A DNA stretch of 58,897 nt, filler included. It is 3 parts of 3 records of this genome, joined end to end, with 100 filler letters (N's around TTAATTAATTAA, not from the genome) between each part and the next. Parts side by side here need not be neighbours in the genome. Positions count along the whole stretch, not along the records: positions 20,116 to 45,685 come from DRR723986_1382; positions 45,786 to 58,897 come from DRR723986_1384; 1 more part is not named here. One strand, 5' to 3'. The position numbers and the translations under genes are program-made. Shown here piece after piece: positions 39,034 to 49,818 of this stretch (positions are counted from its first letter, which is position 1; every line of letters begins with the position of its first letter). Below the pieces are notes generated by a model. The model was not told where the DNA came from. It saw only the letters and a program-made list of their open reading frames with translations, and searched no databases.

Positions 39034-40416
39034 TTGGGGGGTGATTTGAGTTCTGGTGTTGCAAATCGTCATATGTTTCTGGCCGGGTATATTCTGGTGC
39101 CTGGAAGCCATTTCGCCGGCATGTGGCGCCACCCGTACAGCGAAACGGATTTCTGTGATCCCGATCTCTTCAAGGATACGGCGGTCACATTGGAACGGGG
39201 CGGGTTCGACCTCGCATTCATTCCAGAATCGCTCAGCGTGACAACCGGACTGAACGACAACTACGAAACCTTTTTGAAACACGGTGCGGTTGGTGCCATT
39301 CGCCATGACCCGAACCTGCTGGTTTCCCTCATGGCCTCGGTAACGAAGTCGCTCGGTTTTACCGTCACGCTATCGACCACCTACATGGAACCTTATCATC
39401 TGGCCCGTACGCTCAGTACGCTGGACCATTTCAGCAGGGGCCGGATCTCGTGGAATGTCGTAACCTCCGCTGGTCCGAGCAACGGGCACAATTTCGGTCA
39501 TTTCCCAAAGCTCATTTCTCCCGAAGCCTATGACAGGGCGGAAGAGATCCTGGAGATCTGCCGCAAGCTCTGGAAGTCCTGGGAACCGGACGCGCTGGTA
39601 AGCGACAAGGCGTCCGGGCTTTACGCGGACACCGGCAAGATCCATCCCATTGATCACGAAGGCGAACGCTTCAAACTTCGAGGTCCCTTGTCACTTCCCG
39701 CCGGACCGGACGGTGAACCGATCCTGATGAGTGTCGGCGTTTCTCCGCGGGGTCGTGATTTTTCCGCCAAATGGGTTGATGTCGTTTTCGCCATTCAGGC
39801 AGATGCCGAGGGCATGTCGGAACTGCGTGCCGATGTTCGCCGCCGGGCTGCAGAGATGGGGCGCGACCCGGAGAAGATATTCCTGCTGACGGCGGTGCAG
39901 CCTGTGATCGGTGAAACCGAAGCCATTGCAAAAGCGCGGGCCGAATATCTGGACGAGCTGATCCATCCGGATGTCGCCATCGCCTTTCTGTCGGGCATGA
40001 TCGGCGTCGACGCGACAGGTTTCGATCCTGATACGCCAATCGACAAGGTGTTGGAGAGTTCTGGCAAGTCGCCAAACAAGGCGGCTGTCGATGGCGGAGC
40101 CGCATTTCCCTGGTTGGAGAGGATCCGGGAAGAGGACAGGGGAAGGCTCTGGACGCTTCGCGACATTGCCATTCGGATGGCGCGGAGCACGTCGACGCCG
40201 CGTCTTGTCGGAACGCCGGAACAGGTGGCCGATCAGCTTGAGAGCTATTTTACAAGCGGCGCTTGCGACGGCTTCGTGATTACCCCGACCCACTTTCCCG
40301 GAAGCTTTGACGAGTTTTCCCGCTCCGTCGTGCCAATTCTCCGCCAGCGAGGGCACGTACGGCCGGCGGGGCACGACCCTTTGACACTCAGGCAGCGCCT
40401 CGGGCTGCAAGGCTGA
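39034..40416 (+). CDS. NtaA/DmoA/SnaA family FMNH2-dependent monooxygenase
   Basis: WRHP, LERGGFDLAF, PYHLARTLSTLDHFSRGRISWNVVTS, VGTPEQVADQL, TLRQRLGL; start uncertain (39034-39073). Confidence 0.9.
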   Translation: MGGDLSSGVANRHMFLAGYILVPGSHFAGMWRHPYSETDFCDPDLFKDTAVTLERGGFDLAFIPESLSVTTGLNDNYETFLKHGAVGAIRHDPNLLVSLMASVTKSLGFTVTLSTTYMEPYHLARTLSTLDHFSRGRISWNVVTSAGPSNGHNFGHFPKLISPEAYDRAEEILEICRKLWKSWEPDALVSDKASGLYADTGKIHPIDHEGERFKLRGPLSLPAGPDGEPILMSVGVSPRGRDFSAKWVDVVFAIQADAEGMSELRADVRRRAAEMGRDPEKIFLLTAVQPVIGETEAIAKARAEYLDELIHPDVAIAFLSGMIGVDATGFDPDTPIDKVLESSGKSPNKAAVDGGAAFPWLERIREEDRGRLWTLRDIAIRMARSTSTPRLVGTPEQVADQLESYFTSGACDGFVITPTHFPGSFDEFSRSVVPILRQRGHVRPAGHDPLTLRQRLGLQG

Positions 40417-40486
40417 CGATATTTCAATTCGGTTTCGGCCGGACAAGCAAAACAGAAACGGCAATTCTTCGACGGAGTTGATCTCA

Positions 40487-43400
40487 ATGACATCCCGCGA
40501 AAGTGGTTTCCAGACAGCAAGGGCAAAGGCTGCCTCAGGCAGCATTGCGCGTCCGGATGCCAGCCATTTGCCGTTGGAAGCAACATCGGACAATGAGACT
40601 GATTCTGTTCGCGCACTTTTTGCCAGGCAGGTGAAGTCGAGACCTGGTGACACGGCACTGATACTGCCGGATAAGGTTCTGACCTTCGAGGAACTGGACC
40701 GGAAGGCGAACCGTGTCGCGTGGTACCTCATCGGCCGGGGTATCGGGCCTGGCAAGATCGTGGCACTCGGCTGTGCTACCGGGCCGGACCTCGTCGTAAG
40801 CCTGCTGGGCGTGATCAAGACCGGAGCGTGCTACATGCCGCTCGATCCGACCTATCCTCGACAGCGTCTGATTGACATGCTTCAAGACGCAGAACCGGAT
40901 CTGATCCTTGCGGAACAACCGGTCGCCGGCGTCGTTGAGGCGGCTGGTCAGACAGCGCGGGCGGTCTTTCTCGGAAACGGTTCGCTGAGCCGGGACATCG
41001 CCGGACAGCCTGATACCGCACCTGTGGGTGGTGATCTTGTTCGCCGGCTGACTGGCGATGATCCTGCCTATCTGGTCTATACGTCCGGTTCCACCGGGCG
41101 GCCCAAGGGCGTTCTCGGGCGGCAGGCCGCTCTTGCCAACAGGCTGGCCTGGATATCGGAAGCCTTGCCCTTCGCGCCAGGTGAGCGAACGCTGTTCAAG
41201 ACCTCCTTGAACTTCATTGACGGGTCGACGGAGCTGTTGGGCGCCTTGTGCAATGGCTGTGCGGTCGTCCTTGCAACCGGCAATGTTTCCGCTGACCCGA
41301 GGCGACTGGCAGAGACGGTGGCGACGTTTGCCGTCACGCGGTTGACCGTTGTGCCGAGCCTGCTGGCAAGTCTTCTCGAGGACGACTGTTTGCCAGACTT
41401 GAAGGTCTGCCGGACCTGGGTCACGAGTGGCGAGCCTCTACCATCAAGTCTTCTGCAAAAATTCTGCGAAAAACTGCCAGACGCCCGCTTGTTCAACTTC
41501 TACGGTGCGTCAGAAGCTGCGGGGGACAGCCTCTGGGCGCGATGTGATGCAGACAGGAAAATTGCCATCGGCAACCCTATACGGGAAACAGTCGTCTACC
41601 TGCTCGACGATCTGCTTCAGCCTGTCTCCGACGGAGAGACCGGTGAGCTCTACATAGCCGGCGCAGGTCTTGCGCTTGGATATCATCGCCAACCGGACAA
41701 GACCGCAGAACGGTTCGTAGCTTCGCCGTTCGGACCCGCTGGTGCCTTGCTTTACAGAACAGGCGACGTTGCGCGGCGAATGCCTGACGGTGGTTACGAA
41801 TATCTGGGGCGTTCCGATCATCAGGTGAAGGTACGCGGCGTTCGTGTCGAACCGGGAGAGGTCGCAGCAGCCCTGGACAGATTGCCGGAGGTTGCCCGCT
41901 CGGCTGTCGTTGCGAAGCGACGTGACAACACGGACGTCTATCTTGCTGCCTATCTTGTCTGGGAAGTGGGAGCCGACACAAATGTCGCAAGGCTTATGGC
42001 CGCCTTGGCAGAAGCTCTCCCTCCAGCCTTTCTGCCGTCGGCGATCATGGCTCTCGATGCGCTTCCGCTCACACCCAATGGCAAGTTGGACAGGGCAGCG
42101 TTGCCGGATCCGGTGCCGACGGCTGGGCGGAGCGCAAGCGGAACGCAGAGCGACCTTGAAACCGCAATCTGTGAGGCATTTACAGAGCTGCTCGGCGTCC
42201 ACTCGGTTTCAGTACAGGATAATTTCTTTCTCCTGGGTGGGCATTCACTGCTGGCCGCTCGTCTTGCTTATCGACTGAGAGACCGATTTGGAGTGCAGAT
42301 TGCGCCGGGCGAGATTTTCGACGCGCCGACACCGGCTGCGCTTGCCCGTCTGATAGGGGCAGCGAAACCATGTTCCCCGAAACTGAAATCCGTTGCGCGA
42401 CCCGACAAGGTTCCGCTGTCTTCTGCTCAAAAGCGTCTCTGGTTCCTGCAGCGGCTTCACTCGGAAGATACTTCCTACAATCTGGCCTACCGCTTCCGGC
42501 TTTCCGGTGCTGTCGATCCGTCCGTTCTTGGGCAAGCCTGGTCAGACGTTATCGAGAGGCACGAAGTCTTGCGGACCGTTTATCCGCAAGACGGGTCCGG
42601 AGCGCCGTATCAGGACATCCGTACGGGTTTCGTTTCGGAAGATGTCATCCGGATTGTTTCAGTACCAGCAGCTGAAGGCCGGTCAGAACTCTCCCGTCAG
42701 TCTTCCAGGCCGTTCGATCTGTGCAAGGACCTGCCGGTGAGGATGGCCATCGTTACGGACGAAAGTTTCAATCCCGAACCGCAACGCATAATGCAGATTG
42801 TCGTGCATCATATTGCGATTGACGGTGGCGCCCTACGCACATTGCTTGCCGACTTCGAGACGGCCTTTGCGGCGAGAACGAGCGGCAAGGAACTTGTCTG
42901 GAAAAAGCCGGCAGCCCAATATGCCGACTTCGCAAGTTGGCAGCATACCTGGCTGTCCGAGGCAGCAGAACAGGAACTTGCCGCTCGTCTTGCCGAAGCA
43001 AGCGAAGACCTCGCTGGCGCTCCGGATTGCGTTGATCTGCCCTGTGCCGAGGGGCAACGAAAGAATACCTATTGGCAAGGCGACGGAGTAGCCGTGGCAA
43101 TCCCGCCAGAGCTTCATTGCAAGCTTGAGCGACTGGCAACGGAAACTCGGACCAGCCTGTTCATGGTACTGCAGGCTGCGATGGCTGCGACCTTGGCGCG
43201 GCTCGGCGCTGGGGACGACATCGTCATCGGAACGCCTGTCGATGGTCGCCCGGACAGCTCTTTCGAAGAAACCATAGGCCTCTTCGTCAACATGCTGGCG
43301 CTCCGGAGCGATCTTTCCGGCAGGCCGACCTTTCGCGAGTTATTGGCCGATACGCGTCACCGGAACCTTGCCGCCTATTCCCGCCGGGACGTGCCATTCG

Positions 43401-45685
43401 AGCTCGTGGTCGACAAGGTCGCTCCAAGCAGGGACCTGTCCTTTCATCCGGTGTTCCAGACAGTTCTGGCGCTCGATATGGCAGGAGAGACTGTTCTGAC
43501 CTTGCCGGGGTTGACCTGCGAGGTTGAAGACGTGCCTGTCGAAGCCTCAAAGTTCGATCTTTCCTTCGACCTGACTGCTCATCGCGACGAGGTCGGAGGT
43601 GCAGGAGGTATCGACGGGCGGATCGAATTCCGGACAGATCTCCTGGATCGGGAGGTTGCGGGCAATATTTCCCGGCGTTTCATCGATCTACTTCGCGCAG
43701 CCGTGGAAAATCCGGACAAACGGATCGACCACCTCATGATTGTCGATCCCGACGAAGCGTCACGCCTTGCCGCCTTGTGCGAAGGCGAGCAGGTCGAAAA
43801 AGCTGCGATCGAAATGTCTTTGCCCGAGCGGTTTCGTCTGTTGGCCAGGGAAAAGGGCGAGAAGGTCGCTCTCTCCAGCCAGACCCGGACGCTTTCCTAT
43901 GCCGAGCTCGATGCATTGTCGGACCGCGTTGCGCAAAACCTCCTCCGCCGGGGCGTTGTACCCGGGGCGCGGGTCGCGGTCCTGATGGACCGTTCCATTG
44001 ATCTTGTCGTCGCAACGCTCGCGATCGTGAAAGCAGGCGGGGCATATGTTCCCTTGAACAGGAACGATCCTGCCAACAGGCTTCAACAACTCGTTGCCGA
44101 CACCCGGGCCCGCCTCGTGCTGACTGACGGTGAAGACGCGATATCAGTCAGTTTCAATGATGCACCCTGCGTTCCTTTCAGCCACCTGCAAGTGGCGACG
44201 GGAAAGGAGACTTTACCGAATATCGCCAGTGGACAGGTCGCCTGCGTTCTCTTCACCTCCGGCTCCACAGGCCGGCCGAAGGGGATCGCGATCAGCCACC
44301 GCAATATTCAGGCCCTCGCGCTCGACGGATGCTGGCCGAAAGGCTCTCATGAGCGTGTCTTGCTGCATTCACCCTATGCATTTGACGCTTCGACCTATGA
44401 AATCTGGACACCGCTCATGTTGGGGCAGGAGCTTTTCGTCGCGCCGCCTGGCATTCTCGATGCTGAAACGATTGCGCGGCTGGTCGAAGAGCACAAGGTA
44501 TCTGCAGCCTGCATCACGACACGTCTTTTCAACATCATTGCAGGTGAAAAACCCGAAGCATTCAAGCCTTTGAGGTCAGTGCTGATAGGGGGTGAGGCGG
44601 CTTCCGCAGAAGCCTTGCGCCGGGCAACGGCAGCTTCGCCTGGTACGCGGTTCGTCAATGGCTATGGCCCGGCAGAGGGCACGACCTTCGTGACCTGGCA
44701 TGCAATGCACACGCTGGAAAAATCCGCGCACAAGGTTCCCATCGGGTTGCCGCGTGACAATTGTAGCGTCCGAATTCTGGATGACCGCCTGCAACCTGTC
44801 GGTATCGGCATGGTGGGCGAGCTTTACCTGGCAGGTGACTGCCTGACGCTTGGCTATCTCGACCGGACCGGTCTGACAGCCGAGCGCTTCGTTGCCGATC
44901 CCGCGGGGCCCGCAGGCAGCAGATTGTATCGCACCGGGGATCTGGTGCGCTGGCGCAGTGACGGCTTGCTGACCTTCGTCGGACGTGCCGACCACCAGGT
45001 CAAGATCAATGGCTTCCGTATCGAACCGCAGGAAATCGAAAACGCTATCGGTAGGCAGTCGGACATAGGCCAGTGCACGGTGATCGTGCGTGAAGACAGA
45101 CCCGGAGAAAAGAAACTCGTTGCCTATGTTGTCGGTACGGGGACAGGAGAACCAGATCTTGCAGGCTTGCGAAAAAGGCTTGCCGAGACACTCCCTGCAT
45201 ACATGGTGCCAGCCCATTTTGTTCTTCTGGAACAACTTCCTTTCACGACCAATGGCAAGCTGGACATCAAGCGCCTGCCGACGCCTGAAATTCACGGCGA
45301 TGGAGTGAAGGTACCTGCGGGGCAAACCGAGACCGATATCTGCGCATTGTTTGCTGATGTACTGGGTCTGGAAACCGTAGGACCTGCCGACAACTTCTTC
45401 GCACTTGGCGGCGACAGTATTCTCTCCATCCAGCTGGTCAGCCGAGCACGGCGAGCAGGGCTGGTGTTTTCGGCAAGGGATGTCTTCAGCAACAAGACCC
45501 CTGCAGAGCTGGCAACGGTTGCGCAAAGGCAGCAATTGCCGGAGATCGGAACTGATCTCAAGTCAGGATGGATCAGCGAGGAAGATCTGAGCATTGTCAG
45601 CAGCCACTACGGCGGTTTGCTATCGACGGTGTGGCCGTTGACGGGCCTTCAGTCGGGTTTGCTGTTTCACGCCTTGATGGACGCT
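40487..45685 (+). CDS. Non-ribosomal peptide synthetase A-T-C-A-T-(C...), 3' truncated
   Basis: A1 YTSGSTGRPKG and YRTGD; T1 GGHSL; C HHIAIDG; A2 FTSGSTGRPKG; T2 GGDSI; next C starts WPLTGLQSGLLFH; GGAG before ATG 40487. Confidence 0.95.
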
Positions 45686-45785
45686 NNNNNNNNNNNNNNN
45701 NNNNNNNNNNNNNNNNNNNNNNNNNNNNNTTAATTAATTAANNNNNNNNNNNNNNNNNNNNNNNNNNNNNNNNNNNNNNNNNNNN
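45686..45785. other. Artificial contig linker
   Basis: 44 N + TTAATTAATTAA (45730-45741) + 44 N, same structure as the first linker. Confidence 0.98.
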
Positions 45786-46460
45786 GGCAAAGCCATCGGT
45801 CGTGCCGCCGGGGAAATCCGAGGCCGGGATCGCCCAGCTGCCATCCTCGCCAACCGTCGTCGAGGCGATCGCAACCGGCGGTTCGCCGCCGTCAAACAGC
45901 GTTACAATGCTGCCCGGTTCGGCGGTGCCGCTCAGGCCCGCTGCATTTGCTTCGGTGACGCTGGGCCCAAAGGGGGCGGTTTCATCAACGGCCGCGGGCG
46001 ATAGGTTGCCCGCCGCATCCTGCTGCGTCACCGCGACATTTGTCGAGGGTTGCGCCGCGGCAGAGGTGATCGGGCCATAGCTGCCATCATCTGCCACAAG
46101 GGCTGTGCCGGTGCTGCCATCGGGGAACACGGTGGTTACGGTCGAGCCGGGCTCGCCTGTGCCAGATACGCTAAGCGTGCCGTCGCCATTGACCTCTAGC
46201 ACCGCGGTTGGCGCCACGGGGGGCGTTTCATCTTGGTAGGCTTCAACCACTGGCGCCGAGGTGTTTCCGGCGCTATCGGCTGCCGAAACGCTGATGTTGC
46301 CGCTGGTTTGCGGTGCGGCCGATGTGGCGCTATAGGCGCCGTTTTCGTCGGCCACAACGGTAACACTGGTGCCATCAGGGTAGGCCACGGTGACGCTGGC
46401 ACCGGGAACGGTTTGGCCAGACACGGTGATGGTGCCATCGGCATTGGGTTCTATGGTTTG
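45786..46460 (-). repeat. Degenerate tandem Ig-like repeats in the adhesin (two complete, one partial)
   Basis: NADGTITVSGQTVPGASVTV...DSAGNTS, NGDGTLSVSGTGEPGSTVTT...DAAGNLS, GLSGTAEPGSIVTL; boundaries approximate. Confidence 0.7.
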
Positions 46461-48098
46461 GCTTGGGGTCAGGCCGGCGGAGATTACGCCGTCAAGCAGC
46501 GCTTGCAGCTCGGCCACGCTATCGGTGGCGCTGCCATCATCGGCGGCGGCTTTCAGCACCGACAAGAATTCACCCAGATAGGGCGAGGGGGCAGGCGTCA
46601 GGCCGGTCAGGCCAAGCAACTCGAGGTTTTCTTCGCTCAGCGTCTCGGACAGGGCCGCGGGCACCGCATCCTCGGCCCCCAGTGCAACCAATTGCTGCAC
46701 CGCGTTGGCGGCATCTACCGCCTGCTGCAGCTGGGCGGCTGTTATCGGCGTGTCATCGCCATCATCGGGCTGGCTGGCCAGATCATCGAGCAGCGCGGTC
46801 ACAGCCGGGGCTTGGCTGGTGCCTTCGGTATCGACATCGGGGGTGTTTTGAATGCCCAGCGCCGGCGAAGACAGCAGATCGGCCTCGTTTTCGGTGCCGC
46901 CCTTGTTTTTGAATTCGAATTCAACGGCGCCCTCGGTCAGGTTGTCTTTCACCTGTTGCTGCGCTGTATCGGCATCGGGGGCATTGCGCAGGGTGGCGGC
47001 GATTTGTTCAATGGCGGCTTGCTGATCGCCGTTATTCTTTTGGTCCAGCCCCGACATCATCGCCAAGATCTGGCCATATTTCTCGGATTCGGACACATCG
47101 CCATCGGTATCGTTAAAGGCCGGGTCAAAGATGTTCACCGGCGCCACAGCGTTTACATCGCTCAGGCCAAAGGCATCGGCGGTGGCTTTGTTGGCATCGT
47201 TGATTTGCGCGTCGCTCAAGCCGCCTTCGGGGATGGTGCCATCTTGGCCCAGCCCGGCGTTACGCGCGGCAACGGTGGTGATGGGGTTGATATTCAGGTT
47301 GACCAATGTGTTGCCATCGCCCTGGGGCTGGCCGGTGCCCACGCTCATCAACTGCGCGGTCAGGTCACGCGGCAGGCCGGTGGCCTCGTCGCGGTAATCG
47401 TCGGCCTCGTTACCATCGCGCAGAATGGCGATCACCGAGGTATAGGTGCCCTCTAGCGTCACCGAGAACGAGCCGTCTTCGTTCAGCGGCACATCGCGGG
47501 CCAGCAGATTGCCCTTGTTGTCGAAAATATCAACCGACAGGCCATTGCCATCGATGATGGGGCCCGCCAGAAACAAGCCTTTGATCGTGGTTTGAATAAC
47601 TGCGGCGGCGGTGCTGCCCCCCGCTGCGGCCACCAAGCCCAGCGCCAGGGGCAACATCAGCGGCAGGCCAACGCCCGCGGGCAGGGCTGCGATGGCGGCA
47701 TCATCCAACAGCGGCTCGAGCGCGGTAAAGCCGCGGTTTTCCAGCAAAATCGTGCGCGCACCATCAACATCGCCCGAGAAGGCATAAAGCGCTTTGTCAC
47801 CCACTGTGCCAATGGGCTGGGCATCTAGCGGCAATTCCACCGCCTGGCCCAAGCCATCAAAGGCAAAGCTGGCTGTGCTGGTAAAGTAATCTTCGATCAC
47901 CACCCGGGTGCCATCGGCAAAGAGCATCACCAGGTCGTCGCCGTCGCGCACAACCACATAGGCGGTGCTGTCCAGCGCCCCGTCATCGGCGGCGATGGTA
48001 AACCTATCTAGACCAGCCAGCTTGCTGGCGGCAATTGTCGAAGATTTTCCAGTTTCTACAACGAAACGCACATACCGACTATCAAGCACTTTTGTCAC
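45786..48098 (-). CDS. Large Ig-like repeat surface adhesin (BapA/RTX-adhesin-like), 3' truncated
   Basis: N-terminal VRDGDDLVMLFADGTRVVIEDYF, Ala/Gly hydrophobic stretch, then Ig-like repeats (SG..EPG.V.V..PDG...D.AGN.S); no Sec signal seen. Confidence 0.8.
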
Positions 48099-48123
48099 TC
48101 CAAACCGAGGATACCAATGAGAT

Positions 48124-48145
48124 AAAACCCATCCAAACGGATGGG
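48124..48145 (-). terminator. Terminator-like hairpin about 25 nt upstream of the adhesin start
   Basis: Minus strand reads CCCATCC-GTTT-GGATGGG-TTTT. Confidence 0.55.
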
Positions 48146-48160
48146 GTCACCCTATCCGTA

Positions 48161-48175
48161 TTAAGAATTTATTAA
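48161..48175. promoter_or_regulatory. CtrA-box-like motif upstream of the adhesin
   Basis: TTAA-GAATTTA-TTAA = TTAA-N7-TTAA, lacking the terminal C of the full consensus. Confidence 0.5.
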
Positions 48176-48273
48176 TAATTCAAGATATTCTGTCTGAAAG
48201 TGACGCAAGCGCATCATTTTTCCCCCATATCAGGCAGATAGCAAATCTACACAAGGTAGAGCAGCTGATACTT

Positions 48274-49002
48274 TCAGGCGAAATCGGGCAGCCCGTGCAG
48301 CGCCTCTTTCAGCGCGTCGCTCCATCCCTTGGAGATGGTTTGGTAATAGGGGTCATCCAGCTGAATACGCCCGCTTGGCCCAAGGCACAGGCTGTCGCGC
48401 TGGTAGAAATGGTAATCAAAGGGCGCGCCCACGGTCAGGTTGGCTTTCAGCGTGGAATCAAAGCTGACCAGCATCAGCTTCATCGCCTCGGCAAAGCCCA
48501 TGCTGGGCTCGTAGGCGCGCACCAAAATGGGGCGGCCATATTTCATCTCGCCGATCTGGAAAAACGGGGTATCGGCGCCTGCCTCGATAAAATTGCCCTC
48601 GGGGTAGATCAAAAACAGCCGCTGCGGCCCGCCGGCAATTTGCCCGCCCAAAATGATCGTGGCGTTAAAGGCGCTATCGGCGCGCTGGCCGGTATCGGCC
48701 TGCCGTGCGATCACCTCGCGCAGGGTGTCGGCCACGATCCGCGCCACCTGGAACATGCTGGGCGCCGCCATCACCGAAGGCGCGCGGTCTTCGGGGGCTT
48801 TGGTGCGTTCCTCTAGCAGGCTGACAACCGCCTGCGTGGTGGCCAGATTGCCCGCAGTCATCATGGTGATCACCCGATCACCAGGCTTGGCCCAGCTGTG
48901 CATTTTGCGAAAGGTCGAGATATTGTCAAACCCGGCGTTTGTGCGGGTATCCGACATCATCAGCAGACCATGATCCAGCATCATGCCAACACAATATGTC
49001 AT
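48274..49002 (-). CDS. Anbu proteasome-type Ntn peptidase
   Basis: MTYCVG (Thr after Met), SDTRTNAG.DNI, AGNLATTQ, LIYPEGNFIEA, QIGE.KYGRPIL, SFDST. Confidence 0.92.
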   Translation of the reverse strand: MTYCVGMMLDHGLLMMSDTRTNAGFDNISTFRKMHSWAKPGDRVITMMTAGNLATTQAVVSLLEERTKAPEDRAPSVMAAPSMFQVARIVADTLREVIARQADTGQRADSAFNATIILGGQIAGGPQRLFLIYPEGNFIEAGADTPFFQIGEMKYGRPILVRAYEPSMGFAEAMKLMLVSFDSTLKANLTVGAPFDYHFYQRDSLCLGPSGRIQLDDPYYQTISKGWSDALKEALHGLPDFA

Positions 49003-49011
49003 CGCTTTCCC

Positions 49012-49818
49012 CTATTGCTGGGCCACTTGAATTTGCACCGCCAGAGTCTCGGCCGTGCCGCCACCGATGCGCGTGCCCGTCACCGGGGCTGCATCGCTGT
49101 AATCCACCCCGGTTGCAACCCTGACATAGCGATCATCGGGGCAAATGCCGTTGGATACATCAAACCCAACCCAGCCCAGGCCCTGCACATGTGCCTCGGC
49201 CCAGGCATGCATGGCGCTTTGCTGGGTGGTATCATCCAACATCAAATAGCCCGAGACATAGCGCGCGGGAACGCCCGCCTCGCGCGCGCATGCCAGGAAA
49301 ATATGGGTGTGATCCTGGCACACACCGGCACCGCGGGCCAGGGCCACCTCGGCGCTGTCAGTGGCATCAGAGACACCCAGCACATAAGGCACCTGCGCCC
49401 GAATGGCGGCCATCAACCCATGCAGCCAGGCCAGATCGGCCGGGCCATCAAGGCCGCGCAGCAGCGCCCGCACACCGGCGCCTGCCCGGGTCAGCGTGCT
49501 GGCGCGCTGATACAGCCACAAAGGCGCCGCCCCACGATGCGCGCCCACGACCCCATTGGCATTTTCAACCAAAACCACCCCGCTGCAGGTAATCACCACT
49601 TCGCTGGCGTGGCGATCAAAGCCGATCAATTCCACCGTATTGTGGTGATGATCTTCAAAAACCAGCTGCCGCGTGCCGCCCTGCACCTGGGTTTTCCAAT
49701 CAAAAATGGTTTGCCCATGGCCTGTTTTTGGCGTTTTACGCAGCTGTTGCAGCCCATAGGCCACGGGCTGATGAAACCGATAGCTTGTGCTATGGGTGAT
49801 CTGCAGGCGGCGGGTCAT
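49012..49818 (-). CDS. Transglutaminase-like protein
   Basis: GVCQDHTHIF, PARYVSGY, HAWAE, GWVGFD, DYSDAAP. Confidence 0.92.
   Translation of the reverse strand: MTRRLQITHSTSYRFHQPVAYGLQQLRKTPKTGHGQTIFDWKTQVQGGTRQLVFEDHHHNTVELIGFDRHASEVVITCSGVVLVENANGVVGAHRGAAPLWLYQRASTLTRAGAGVRALLRGLDGPADLAWLHGLMAAIRAQVPYVLGVSDATDSAEVALARGAGVCQDHTHIFLACAREAGVPARYVSGYLMLDDTTQQSAMHAWAEAHVQGLGWVGFDVSNGICPDDRYVRVATGVDYSDAAPVTGTRIGGGTAETLAVQIQVAQQ

Noticed and set aside
46233..47456. Long antisense or alternative-frame ORFs (e.g. 46233-47456, 39691-40818, 12410-13390, 29127-30110, 31359-32384)
   Set aside because: Shadows of well-supported genes in GC-rich DNA, with no recognisable motifs.
40487..48098. Apparent convergence of the NRPS and adhesin genes
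   Set aside because: Separated by a linker and on different contigs; their ORF-track ends are linker stops.
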